A stretch of DNA of 64,000 bases, taken from assembly GCA_041743505.1 (NCBI GenBank), contig JBGTMQ010000017.1:15680-79679 (forward strand). Direction: 5' to 3'. Below the pieces are notes generated by a model. The model had not been told where the DNA came from. It worked only from the letters and a program-made list of their open reading frames with translations, and made no database searches. Of the stretch, positions 35,945 to 44,412 are shown piece by piece. The stretch's first letter is position 1. Each line of letters starts with the position of its first letter. The stretch comes from Candidatus Saccharimonadia bacterium (GTDB lineage: Bacteria > Patescibacteriota > Saccharimonadia > UBA4664). The translations under genes were made by a program, and so were the position numbers.

Positions 35945-36059
35945 CCCTTCTAGCATATGACCAATATTAGTCCGCTCAGCAAGCAGTTTGCTCGCCATAC
36001 TGCCCAATGTTCTCGTCATGCCAAGACGACTACTGTATAGAAGTTAAGGAGAGGATCTT

Positions 36060-36278
36060 ATGGCAAGTGACAGTGAGAGTATTAGCCCGGCCGAAGCCCA
36101 AAAAGCGCTTGCAGGCATTAGTTTTCCTGCCGAAAAGCAGGACTTAGTGGAGCGCGCCAAGGAAAATGACGCTGATGAGCGCGTCATGGACTTCCTGGAG
36201 CGCATTCCAGATCGGGAATATGAAGGTGTAACCGATGTATCAAAAGAGATCGGTCGTCAAGACCGGGAATCGTCTTAA
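36060..36278 (+). CDS. DUF2795-family small protein
   Basis: ISPAEAQKALAGISFPAEKQDLVERAKENDADERVMDFLERIPDREYEGVTDV fits the DUF2795 pattern (Y/F-P-A-x-K-x-D-L...LP-D-R-x-Y); AAGGAGAGG RBS. Confidence 0.55.
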   Translation: MASDSESISPAEAQKALAGISFPAEKQDLVERAKENDADERVMDFLERIPDREYEGVTDVSKEIGRQDRESS

Positions 36279-36295
36279 ACAAAAAGTGCAGGTAC

Positions 36296-36336
36296 AAACA
36301 GGGCGGCCCTCCTAGGTCGCCCTGTTTTTTTGATAC
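36296..36336 (+). terminator. intrinsic terminator (AAACAGGGCGGCCCTCCTAGGTCGCCCTGTTT then TTTTTGAT)
   Basis: Long GC stem plus T-run right after the DUF2795 gene. Confidence 0.6.
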
Positions 36337-36382
36337 AATAAAAACAAATAAGCATTAGGACTTAGGAGCTAGAAGCACCACC

Positions 36383-36730
36383 ATGGCCAAATCCTCCATC
36401 CGCAAAATTCCGTTTAGCCGTTTCGTGGTTGTGGCAAGTGCCGGCCTCGTGGGCTTTTTAGCTTTCTGGCAAGCTTTTTTCTCATTTACAGGCTACCGGC
36501 CGTGCGCCCTTCAAAATCCCGACTACGTCATACCGCCTAACCCCAACGCCGCCATAACCGAACTGGGTATATGCATCATAGCCATGGTTGTCCTGTTTTG
36601 GGGTGCCAAACGGTTACGCACCAACTTCCCCGAAGGTTTCTTCGGCTACAGCATGGTCGTCGTAAACCTTCTCATCGGTGAAGGCTTACTGGCCTTTGTC
36701 TTCTTGCGGTTATCAACCTGCGCCGGCTAG
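36383..36730 (+). CDS. hypothetical membrane protein (115 aa, 3 TM)
   Basis: Hydrophobic ORF; convergent with polA. Confidence 0.4.
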   Translation: MAKSSIRKIPFSRFVVVASAGLVGFLAFWQAFFSFTGYRPCALQNPDYVIPPNPNAAITELGICIIAMVVLFWGAKRLRTNFPEGFFGYSMVVVNLLIGEGLLAFVFLRLSTCAG

Positions 36731-36732
36731 CT

Positions 36733-39567
36733 CTACAACTCGCCCCAATGCCGGCCAATCGCCGTATCCACCGCCAACGGCACACCCAAATCAATTATCC
36801 CACTCATCGTCTCTTGCATCAGCCGGGCCACTTCCTCGCCTTTTTCGACCGGTGACTCCACGATCAGCTCATCATGAATCTGTAACAATAATTTCGAATC
36901 CGCATCGAGCTTAGCAGCCAGCTCTATCATGGCCAGTTTATAAATATCCGCCGCCGTACCCTGAATTGGCACGTTTACAGCCATCCGCTCAGCCCCGGAC
37001 CTTATCTGAAAATTATTCGACCGGATTTCCGGACAAGCCCGCCGCCGCCCAAATAACGTCGCTATATATTGGTTGTCATAAGCAAACTTCTTGGTCACCT
37101 CAATATAATCTTTAAGCTTGGGACGCATCTCAAAATAACGCCCGATAAACTCAGCTGCCGCCTTGCCATCCATGCCCGTAGCCACGCTCAAACCATGTGC
37201 ACTCATGCCATACAACACACCAAAGTTAATGGTTTTAGCCGCATACCGCTGCTCCTTGGTCACTGCATCCAGCGGCACACTAAACAGCTCGGCCGCCGTC
37301 TGCTGATGCAGGTCAATACCGGTCCTAAACGTCTCCAGCATGGCCTCGTCCCCAGACAGCGCCGCCGCCACGCGCAGCTCAATCTGCGAATAGTCCGCAC
37401 TCACCAGCACCCGTGACCTAGGCGCCACGAACGCCGTCCGAATCTCCCGGCCCAGCTCAGTCCGCACCGGTATGTTCATCAAATTCGGGTTCGATGAACT
37501 CAGACGCCCCGTCTGCGCAATCACCTGCGAAAAACTCGTATGCACGCGCCCATCTACACCAACCTCTTCAGGCAAGGCCGTTACATATGTATTCATCAGT
37601 TTATCCAGCTCGCGGTATTCCATAATGAGCTCGATAATCGGATGCAAATCCCGCATCCGCTCCAACTCACCCACCGCCGTCGAGTAGCCGGTTTTGCCTT
37701 TCTTCACGCCCACGGTACTCAAACCAAGCCGCCCATACAAAATCTGACCCAATTGTGCCGGGGAAGCCAGGTTAAACTCCTCACCGGCCAGATCATACAC
37801 CTTGCCCTTCAGCTCGCCAATCCGCGCACTCAGCCGTCCACCCAGCCGCTCGAGATAACCTTTATCAAGCTCAATTCCAGCGATCTCCATCTCACCAAGA
37901 ACCGAAATAATCGGCCACTCAACTTCACTTGCCAGTCGCTCCATGTTCCAGCCGTACTCGTTTACCTGGCCTGCATGTTGCTTCAGCTCATCCCGCAGCT
38001 TCACATACAGCCGCCAGGCCATATCCGCATCCTCAGCCGCATACGTCGTAGCGTGCTCAATCAGCGTCTTGTCAAACGTCACCTGCGTCTTCTTATCCGC
38101 TCCGATCAGTTCCGAGATTGGAATCATCTCCACATCCAGCTCGTTATATGCCAGGTCCGCCAAAGACTGCGCCCGGCCGATCGAGTTCAACAAAAACGCC
38201 GCAATCATCGTGTCAAACACGATCCCCTGCATCCGCACCCCATGCCGCCGCATCACTTCATAATCAAACTTTATATTATGCCCCGTCTTACCAATCTTCG
38301 AGTTCTCGAACAGCGGCTTCAGTTTCCGGATCACCTCGTCCCGCTTCAGCTGCGTACCCTCGGTGTGACCCACCGGAATGTAATAAGCTTCTGCTTCTTT
38401 AAATGACACGCTCACACCCACCAGGTTCACGCTCAACGTATCCAGCGAATCCGTCTCCGTATCAAACGCAAACACCTCCTGCTGCTCCAGTTGTCCGATC
38501 AACACCTCCAGCTTACCCATATCCGTAATAGCGTCATATTTCACGCTAGCCAGATGCGTCCGCTCGCGCTTAACTGTCGGCGCACCCGAATCATCAAACA
38601 GTGTTGGTATCGCCGGCTCCACCCCAGCCGCAACCCCGCCGTTCACGCGCATATCCGGCGGCAATTTAGCTAGTAAACTCCGAAAATCCAGCCGGTGAAA
38701 CAGCTTCGTTACATGCTCGCGGTCAAAATGCCCCACCCGCGCCGGTTCCAGCTCCAGCTTAATCGGTGCGTCACACACAATCACGCTCAGCTTGCGGCTT
38801 AAATAAGCCATATCCTTATTCACACGCAACTTGTCACCGGTACTCCCGGCAATCTCATCAATGTGCTCATAAATCCCATCCAGCGTCTTATATACCGCCA
38901 ATAACTTCCGCGCCCCCACGTCCCCAATACCTGCTACACCCGGGATATTGTCGCTCTTATCGCCAATCAGCGCCTTATAATCAATAAATTGCTGCGGCGT
39001 CAGCCCGTATTTTTCCTGCATTTTGGCCAGATCATACCGCGTCGGCTCCAAGCCACGCGGATTAAACATATCTACCACCGTTTGCTTATCCACCAGTTGC
39101 AACTGGTCCTTGTCGCCGGTCGCGATCACAATATCCAGGTCACCTCGCTCCTCCGCCTGCCGCGCCAACGTCCCAATAATATCGTCCGCCTCGTAGTTCT
39201 CCAACTCAATCCACGGGAGGTTCAACGCCTCCACCAGCTCCCGCGTTGCCGGAATCTGCGCATACAAATCATCCGGCTGTTTTTTTCGCGTTGCCTTATA
39301 TTCCGGATACATTTCATTCCGAAACGTCTTCGACGACTTGTCCCACGTTACAATCACGTACTCCGGATTCAGGCCCTGAATCACCTTCAACATAATGTTT
39401 GTAAAACCCAGCACCGCATTCGTCGGCAAGCCTTCTCTATTCGATAAAGGCGGAATAGCATGATAACCGCGGTGAAATACCGCTGAACCGTCCACCAACA
39501 CCAACAATGGCTTTTTACTCATATACCCATTGTAAGCCCATCCGACGCGAGGGCCCAAATCAACCAT
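36733..39567 (-). CDS. polA: DNA polymerase I (5'-3' exonuclease, 3'-5' exonuclease-like and polymerase domains)
   Basis: 944-aa; polymerase motifs DYSQIELR (A) and RRAAKTINFGVLYG (B) and QIHDELIVE (C); N-terminal 5'-nuclease LVLVDGSAVFHRGYHA. Confidence 0.95.
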   Translation of the reverse strand: MVDLGPRVGWAYNGYMSKKPLLVLVDGSAVFHRGYHAIPPLSNREGLPTNAVLGFTNIMLKVIQGLNPEYVIVTWDKSSKTFRNEMYPEYKATRKKQPDDLYAQIPATRELVEALNLPWIELENYEADDIIGTLARQAEERGDLDIVIATGDKDQLQLVDKQTVVDMFNPRGLEPTRYDLAKMQEKYGLTPQQFIDYKALIGDKSDNIPGVAGIGDVGARKLLAVYKTLDGIYEHIDEIAGSTGDKLRVNKDMAYLSRKLSVIVCDAPIKLELEPARVGHFDREHVTKLFHRLDFRSLLAKLPPDMRVNGGVAAGVEPAIPTLFDDSGAPTVKRERTHLASVKYDAITDMGKLEVLIGQLEQQEVFAFDTETDSLDTLSVNLVGVSVSFKEAEAYYIPVGHTEGTQLKRDEVIRKLKPLFENSKIGKTGHNIKFDYEVMRRHGVRMQGIVFDTMIAAFLLNSIGRAQSLADLAYNELDVEMIPISELIGADKKTQVTFDKTLIEHATTYAAEDADMAWRLYVKLRDELKQHAGQVNEYGWNMERLASEVEWPIISVLGEMEIAGIELDKGYLERLGGRLSARIGELKGKVYDLAGEEFNLASPAQLGQILYGRLGLSTVGVKKGKTGYSTAVGELERMRDLHPIIELIMEYRELDKLMNTYVTALPEEVGVDGRVHTSFSQVIAQTGRLSSSNPNLMNIPVRTELGREIRTAFVAPRSRVLVSADYSQIELRVAAALSGDEAMLETFRTGIDLHQQTAAELFSVPLDAVTKEQRYAAKTINFGVLYGMSAHGLSVATGMDGKAAAEFIGRYFEMRPKLKDYIEVTKKFAYDNQYIATLFGRRRACPEIRSNNFQIRSGAERMAVNVPIQGTAADIYKLAMIELAAKLDADSKLLLQIHDELIVESPVEKGEEVARLMQETMSGIIDLGVPLAVDTAIGRHWGEL

Positions 39568-39659
39568 AACAAAAAACCCGTGGAGAAGCAGTTGCTAGCA
39601 ACCCCTCCACGGATTAGACACCGGCAAACTAGGTTGCTTGTGTCAGCCTATGCGTTGCG

Positions 39660-40061
39660 TCAGCGAACACCTATTCGCCTCGAACACGTTGGCCACGCTT
39701 TCCAGCCTTGGCCTTTCTTGCCATCGTGCCCGTTAAGTATCCGTTGAGCAACGACAATCTGATTAGAGCGGGAAGTCTGGTTAGGGTAGGCCGCAAACTG
39801 GCGTCCCCCATAGTAATTCCAGGTCGACTTACTGATCTGGAGGCCACCATAATAGCCATTACCGGAATTAATCTTCCAGTTCCCGCTTGACTCACATCTA
39901 GCCAGGCGATCCCAGACAGAACTATTCCCGCCCGCCTGCGCTGTGTCATGCTTCGGCGCCGCCACTGCGGCAGCCGGAGATAGTGCCATAAGCGCAACCA
40001 CCAAAAGCGCGCTCACAACCACACCGACACCTGCGCGTAGAATTCGAAGCACGAGGTTCAC
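39660..40061 (-). CDS. resuscitation-promoting-factor-like secreted transglycosylase (Rpf domain)
   Basis: Signal peptide then WDRLARCESSGNWKINSGNGYYGGLQISKSTWNYYGG...GWKAWPTC, the Rpf/Transglycosylase-like signature. Confidence 0.7.
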   Translation of the reverse strand: MNLVLRILRAGVGVVVSALLVVALMALSPAAAVAAPKHDTAQAGGNSSVWDRLARCESSGNWKINSGNGYYGGLQISKSTWNYYGGRQFAAYPNQTSRSNQIVVAQRILNGHDGKKGQGWKAWPTCSRRIGVR

Positions 40062-40475
40062 TCCCTCGCTCGCGACCGCTCACTTTAGAGCAGCCTGGAA
40101 ATCAAACCAAACCGGTTTGGTACCAGACGCATCTCCCTTCGACTCAAGGTACCCCGCAAGAATAACAATTATCATAAGCTTGTCAATAACGTACATAAGC
40201 AACTGACAATTCTATATCTGTTATTACAAATTTACAAAGATTAATATTCCGACTCGTTGGTATATTTACGGCCACTACCGCCGTAGCGCTGAGCCATTTC
40301 ACGGTATTGGTCGTAGTCCGCCATAACCTCGGGATTTAAAGCCCAGAGAAAATCACCCAATGAGACAGCCCAGCTTGCTCCATCAAAAGCGCGGCATTAC
40401 TCCGGTATTCAAAATCACGAGCAGCCCGGCCTGTTTCTGGTTTAGTACTCATATTCTCAAGCATACCAGAAGCGG

Positions 40476-41867
40476 CTACACTCTCGCCGGCTGCACCGTT
40501 TTCAATCGCGTACCTATATCAATCGGGTACACCCCGTCAAAGGATGAGGTATTAAGCTTAGACCGCGGCCAGCCGGTCGCCTTAATCATGCCGTCAAACG
40601 ACAAAAAACCCAGCGACTCAGCCCCAATATGCCGGCGTATGCCCTCAACATCCATCCGCGCCGCAATCAGGTCATTTTGGTTCGGCGTATTAATCCCATA
40701 AAAATCCGGATACCTGATCGGCGGCGAGCTTACTAGTACATGAACTTCGCGGGCCCCGGCCCCGTGCAACATGTGCACAATCTGGCCGGTAGTTGTGCCC
40801 CGGACTATTGAATCATCAATCACAATCACCCGCTTGCCCATAATAGCCTCGGGCACCGGGTTGAGCTTGGTCCGGACTTCACGGTCGCGCATCGATTGGG
40901 TCGGCCGGATAAATGTGCGGTGAATATAGCGGTTTTTAATGAATCCGTGGTCAAACCGCACCCCCGACTCCTCGGCATACCCCAGCGCCGCCGGAATCGC
41001 CGAATCCGGCACCGGCACCACCACATCTGCCGGGGTTGGATACTCCCGGGCCAAGGTCCGGCCTAGTTCACGGCGGACTTCATTAACCTTGCGCCCCATC
41101 ACCCGGCTATCCGGCCGTGCAAAATAGACGTACTCAAACACATCGAGCTTAGTCCGGCTCTTAGCCAACTGCCGCGAACTGACGCCCGCTGCACTCACAC
41201 TGAGCATCTCGCCCGGCTTAATGTCGCGCAAGAAGCCTGCGCCAATCGTGTCAAAGGCGCACGTTTCTGATGCCACGGCAAAGCCGTCGGCCAGGCTACC
41301 CAAAGACAGCGGCCGGATGCCACACTCATCGCGAAAAGCCACCAGCGTATCCTTAATCATCACCACGCATGAAAACGCCCCGGTAAACAGGGGCCAGGCC
41401 AGCTCCACTGCATTAGCCAATCCTCTACCTTCACGCACATACGAGCCAATAGCCGCCGCCATCATCTGAGAGTCGTTCAAACCGGTGCGAACAATACCGC
41501 GCTGACCCAGAAAAGCCTCTAGCGCCAAGGTGGAGGGCAAGTTGCCGTTATGAGCAAAAGCGATGCCCAACTCCTCGTCCACAATCGGTTGTAGGTTACC
41601 GATGTATCCTCCCGATGTCGCGTAACGGTTATGACCGATCGCCACCTGGCCTCGTAAGTGCTTCAAATCCTTCTCGCTATAAACATGCGCCACCAAACCT
41701 GTATCACTGTGGCTATATAATTTACGCCCGTCAGAACTCGCAATACCCGAACTCTCTTGCCCTCGGTGCTGCAACGCCCACAACCCGTAGTACACTAACC
41801 GCGACGCGTCCGCGCTGGCCGTAAAGACGCCCATGACGCCGCACTTTTCGCCTAATTCCTGATCCAC
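40476..41867 (-). CDS. purF: amidophosphoribosyltransferase (PurF, with propeptide before the catalytic Cys)
   Basis: CGVMGVF Ntn-hydrolase N-terminus after an 8-aa propeptide; PRTase domain with VIVIDDSIVRGTT. Confidence 0.9.
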   Translation of the reverse strand: MDQELGEKCGVMGVFTASADASRLVYYGLWALQHRGQESSGIASSDGRKLYSHSDTGLVAHVYSEKDLKHLRGQVAIGHNRYATSGGYIGNLQPIVDEELGIAFAHNGNLPSTLALEAFLGQRGIVRTGLNDSQMMAAAIGSYVREGRGLANAVELAWPLFTGAFSCVVMIKDTLVAFRDECGIRPLSLGSLADGFAVASETCAFDTIGAGFLRDIKPGEMLSVSAAGVSSRQLAKSRTKLDVFEYVYFARPDSRVMGRKVNEVRRELGRTLAREYPTPADVVVPVPDSAIPAALGYAEESGVRFDHGFIKNRYIHRTFIRPTQSMRDREVRTKLNPVPEAIMGKRVIVIDDSIVRGTTTGQIVHMLHGAGAREVHVLVSSPPIRYPDFYGINTPNQNDLIAARMDVEGIRRHIGAESLGFLSFDGMIKATGWPRSKLNTSSFDGVYPIDIGTRLKTVQPARV

Positions 41868-42332
41868 GCACCCACCCTTCTATTACTTTCATGGTATGGG
41901 CATCCGGCTAATGATTCAACACATGCCCACACAAATTAATATGCCCGCCTCTTCGTAAAGAGACGGGCGAAAACATGTTTTGGTGATCTGCAGCTCACCA
42001 AAACATCGGTGTAGTGCTAACCACAAGGAAAATAGTGCGTGCACACACTATCCTCTAGCCCGTGGCGTCACAAGCAGGTGCACCTACTCATGACAGGTAA
42101 TTCGGAAAAGTTAGAAATATGACAGTACTGCATACAAACCTACATATAACCACGTTACGGTCTCTAGCTTCTGCTAGGGATGACTCATGCTCTTGAGCCC
42201 GCCCTTTCTTCCGCAAAACATATGAGCGATGAAAGGACAGGCATGTGGCCGGAGGTTACCGGTTAATGTCTGACCCATCAAGGATCATAGGTACTCGCGC
42301 AGGGTACAATTGGAATAAACCAAACAACCTTG

Positions 42333-43145
42333 TCACCGGCGGGCCGCCCATGCGCACTCCCACGGCTGGAGGCCGCGCTTGTTGTACAGCATCTGAGCCC
42401 GCATGTCCTGCTCGGCCGGGCTGGCGTCAGCCGGATTGCCCTTGCCGCCCACACTACGCCACGTCGGCAGGTCAAACTGGTAAGCACCGTAGTGGCCATG
42501 CGGAGCGCGACTGCGGTAATTACCGCTCGACTCGCACTGGCGCAAGGCCGCCCAGTTAACGTTACCAGACATCCGGACATTACCCCGGGTCTTCGTCGAC
42601 GGCTTAGTCATGCTCTGGTGAGCCTGTAGCCTAACTTGACTACGCGGCTTAGTCTCCACCACCGGCTTCGGACCGGGGTCAGCGTCAGCCAGATGCTCTG
42701 ACCAAACAAACGCCCCATCCGGCAGCTTAAACCAATCCGGCTTACCCGTGCCGTAGGGATCCTGACCCTTCACCATGTCACCAACCGCAATCTTGTCCCG
42801 ATAGTTCAGTTGGCGCAGCGGCACATTGGCCGTGTTTGGCGCCAACCGGACATTGCGCGTGGATACTAGCACCCACTTTTCGCGTGGCACCACTACCGGC
42901 ACCGGAGGTTCCGCCGGAGTTACCGAAGCCAGAACCGGATTTGCGGGAGTCTGCGGCTGGTTAGCCGTTACGGTAGGGGTGGGGTTCGAGAATGCAGTGG
43001 CCTTACCGGCCACAACGCCGGCTACGTGCGGGTTCTGCTGGATGACAATGCCGGAGATAGCAAGTATGAGTATAATCACAGCGGCAATCCAATGCCGCGC
43101 CTTAAAGCGCCTCAACACTTGCCCGTATCGTTCGGCTCTCATCAT
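42333..43145 (-). CDS. Rpf-like transglycosylase with N-terminal TM and Pro-rich linker (RpfB-like)
   Basis: C-terminal NWAALRQCESSGNYRSRAPHGHYGAYQFDLPTWRSVGG...PWECA Rpf domain. Confidence 0.6.
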   Translation of the reverse strand: MMRAERYGQVLRRFKARHWIAAVIILILAISGIVIQQNPHVAGVVAGKATAFSNPTPTVTANQPQTPANPVLASVTPAEPPVPVVVPREKWVLVSTRNVRLAPNTANVPLRQLNYRDKIAVGDMVKGQDPYGTGKPDWFKLPDGAFVWSEHLADADPGPKPVVETKPRSQVRLQAHQSMTKPSTKTRGNVRMSGNVNWAALRQCESSGNYRSRAPHGHYGAYQFDLPTWRSVGGKGNPADASPAEQDMRAQMLYNKRGLQPWECAWAARR

Positions 43146-43264
43146 ATTCCTTTCCTAGAGGGAAGGTACCTGCGACTGGGCTGCAGGTGCAGCTCGCAGA
43201 AGCAATGTATGGGTATATCACAAGCTATTTTTCAGTGTCAATCTTGTCAAATCAAATAAAAAGA

Positions 43265-43295
43265 GGCCTCGTAGGGCCTCTTTTTATGGTTTGTA
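43265..43295 (-). terminator. bidirectional intrinsic terminator (AAAAAGAGGCCCTACGAGGCCTCTTTTTAT)
   Basis: Perfect stem flanked by A-run and T-run, between rpoD and the Rpf-like gene. Confidence 0.6.
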
Positions 43296-43306
43296 TAGCT
43301 TTTTAT

Positions 43307-44410
43307 CTAGCGCAAATAGTCTTTTAGTTTCTTGCTCTCACGGTGTTTTCTTAGCTTTGCCAAGGCCTTTGCCTCAATCTGGCGGATACGCTCGCGCGTC
43401 ACGCCAAACTCTTGACCAACTTCTTCCAATGTGTGACTGCGACCATCTTCCAAACCGAACCGCATCCGCAAAATCTTCTGTTCGCGGGGCGTTAACAGCG
43501 CCAGTACGCCATTCACATGCTCTTTGAGTAGCTGGTGAGTGGCAGCCTCTTCCGGCGTCAGCGAATCCTCATCAGCGATAAAGTCACCCAGCTGAGAATC
43601 CTCTTCCTCACCAACCGGCGCCTCCAGCGACACAATATCCTGCTTGATCTTCAGGATATGATTGACCTTGTCAACATCCATCTCCATCTCAGCAGCAATT
43701 TCCTCCGGAAGCGGCTCACGGCCTAGCTCCTGCACCAAGCGGCGCTGCGTTCGGATAAGCTTGTTGATGGTCTCCACCATATGCACCGGGATACGAATAG
43801 TACGGGCTTGATCAGCAATCGCCCGGGTAATGGCCTGGCGGATCCACCAGGTAGCATAGGTCGAGAACTTGTACCCCTTGGTGTAGTCAAACTTCTCCAC
43901 CGCTCGCAACAAGCCGGTGTTACCTTCCTGAATCAGGTCTAGTAGGTCCAAGCCTCGGCCAATGTACTTTTTGGCAATCGAAACCACCAGCCGCATGTTG
44001 GCCTCGGCCATCGCGTCCTTAGCCGCCTTATCACCCGACTCAATGCGCTTAGCCAGCATTACTTCCTGCTCACCAGTCAACAGCGGGATCTTACCAATCT
44101 CGCGCAGGTACAACCGGACGCTATCGTCAGCAATATCTTTAATGTAATCCTCACCACCAGCCGGGTCCTCATCATCTTTGTCCCAGATCAAGGCGTCCTT
44201 CTGGTCGGTAATCTCCACGCCTTGCTCTAACAACGCAGCGTAAAGTTCGTCGAGCTCTTCCAGATTCTCCTCGGCTTCGGGCAACACACCAGCAATCTCC
44301 TGCTGGGTCACATACCCTTGTTCCTTACCCTTGGCAATCAGACGCTCAACTTCAGGAGAGTAGCCCCCGGTCTGTTCCAGAGTCTCCTCATCTACGGATT
44401 TTTTGGCCAA
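43307..44410 (-). CDS. rpoD: RNA polymerase primary sigma factor (sigma-70 family, regions 1.2-4)
   Basis: Region 2 [27 protein letters not shown] and region 4 [24 protein letters not shown]. Confidence 0.95.
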   Translation of the reverse strand: MAKKSVDEETLEQTGGYSPEVERLIAKGKEQGYVTQQEIAGVLPEAEENLEELDELYAALLEQGVEITDQKDALIWDKDDEDPAGGEDYIKDIADDSVRLYLREIGKIPLLTGEQEVMLAKRIESGDKAAKDAMAEANMRLVVSIAKKYIGRGLDLLDLIQEGNTGLLRAVEKFDYTKGYKFSTYATWWIRQAITRAIADQARTIRIPVHMVETINKLIRTQRRLVQELGREPLPEEIAAEMEMDVDKVNHILKIKQDIVSLEAPVGEEEDSQLGDFIADEDSLTPEEAATHQLLKEHVNGVLALLTPREQKILRMRFGLEDGRSHTLEEVGQEFGVTRERIRQIEAKALAKLRKHRESKKLKDYLR

Positions 44411-44412
44411 AG

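Noticed and set aside
37540-38406. 288-aa + strand ORF, and neighbours 37069..37416, 38989..39447
   Set aside because: They lie antisense within polA, which has unambiguous polymerase motifs on the minus strand. His/Arg/Leu-rich composition is typical of antisense frames.
41868-42332. Purine, ZTP or c-di-AMP (ydaO) riboswitch upstream of purF or the rpf genes
   Set aside because: I searched both strands for the conserved cores (purine UUUCUACC/CCGUAAAU; ZTP CCGCCUGGGC pseudoknot strand; ydaO ACGGGGA-type blocks) and found none. Only generic hairpins and a palindrome are present.
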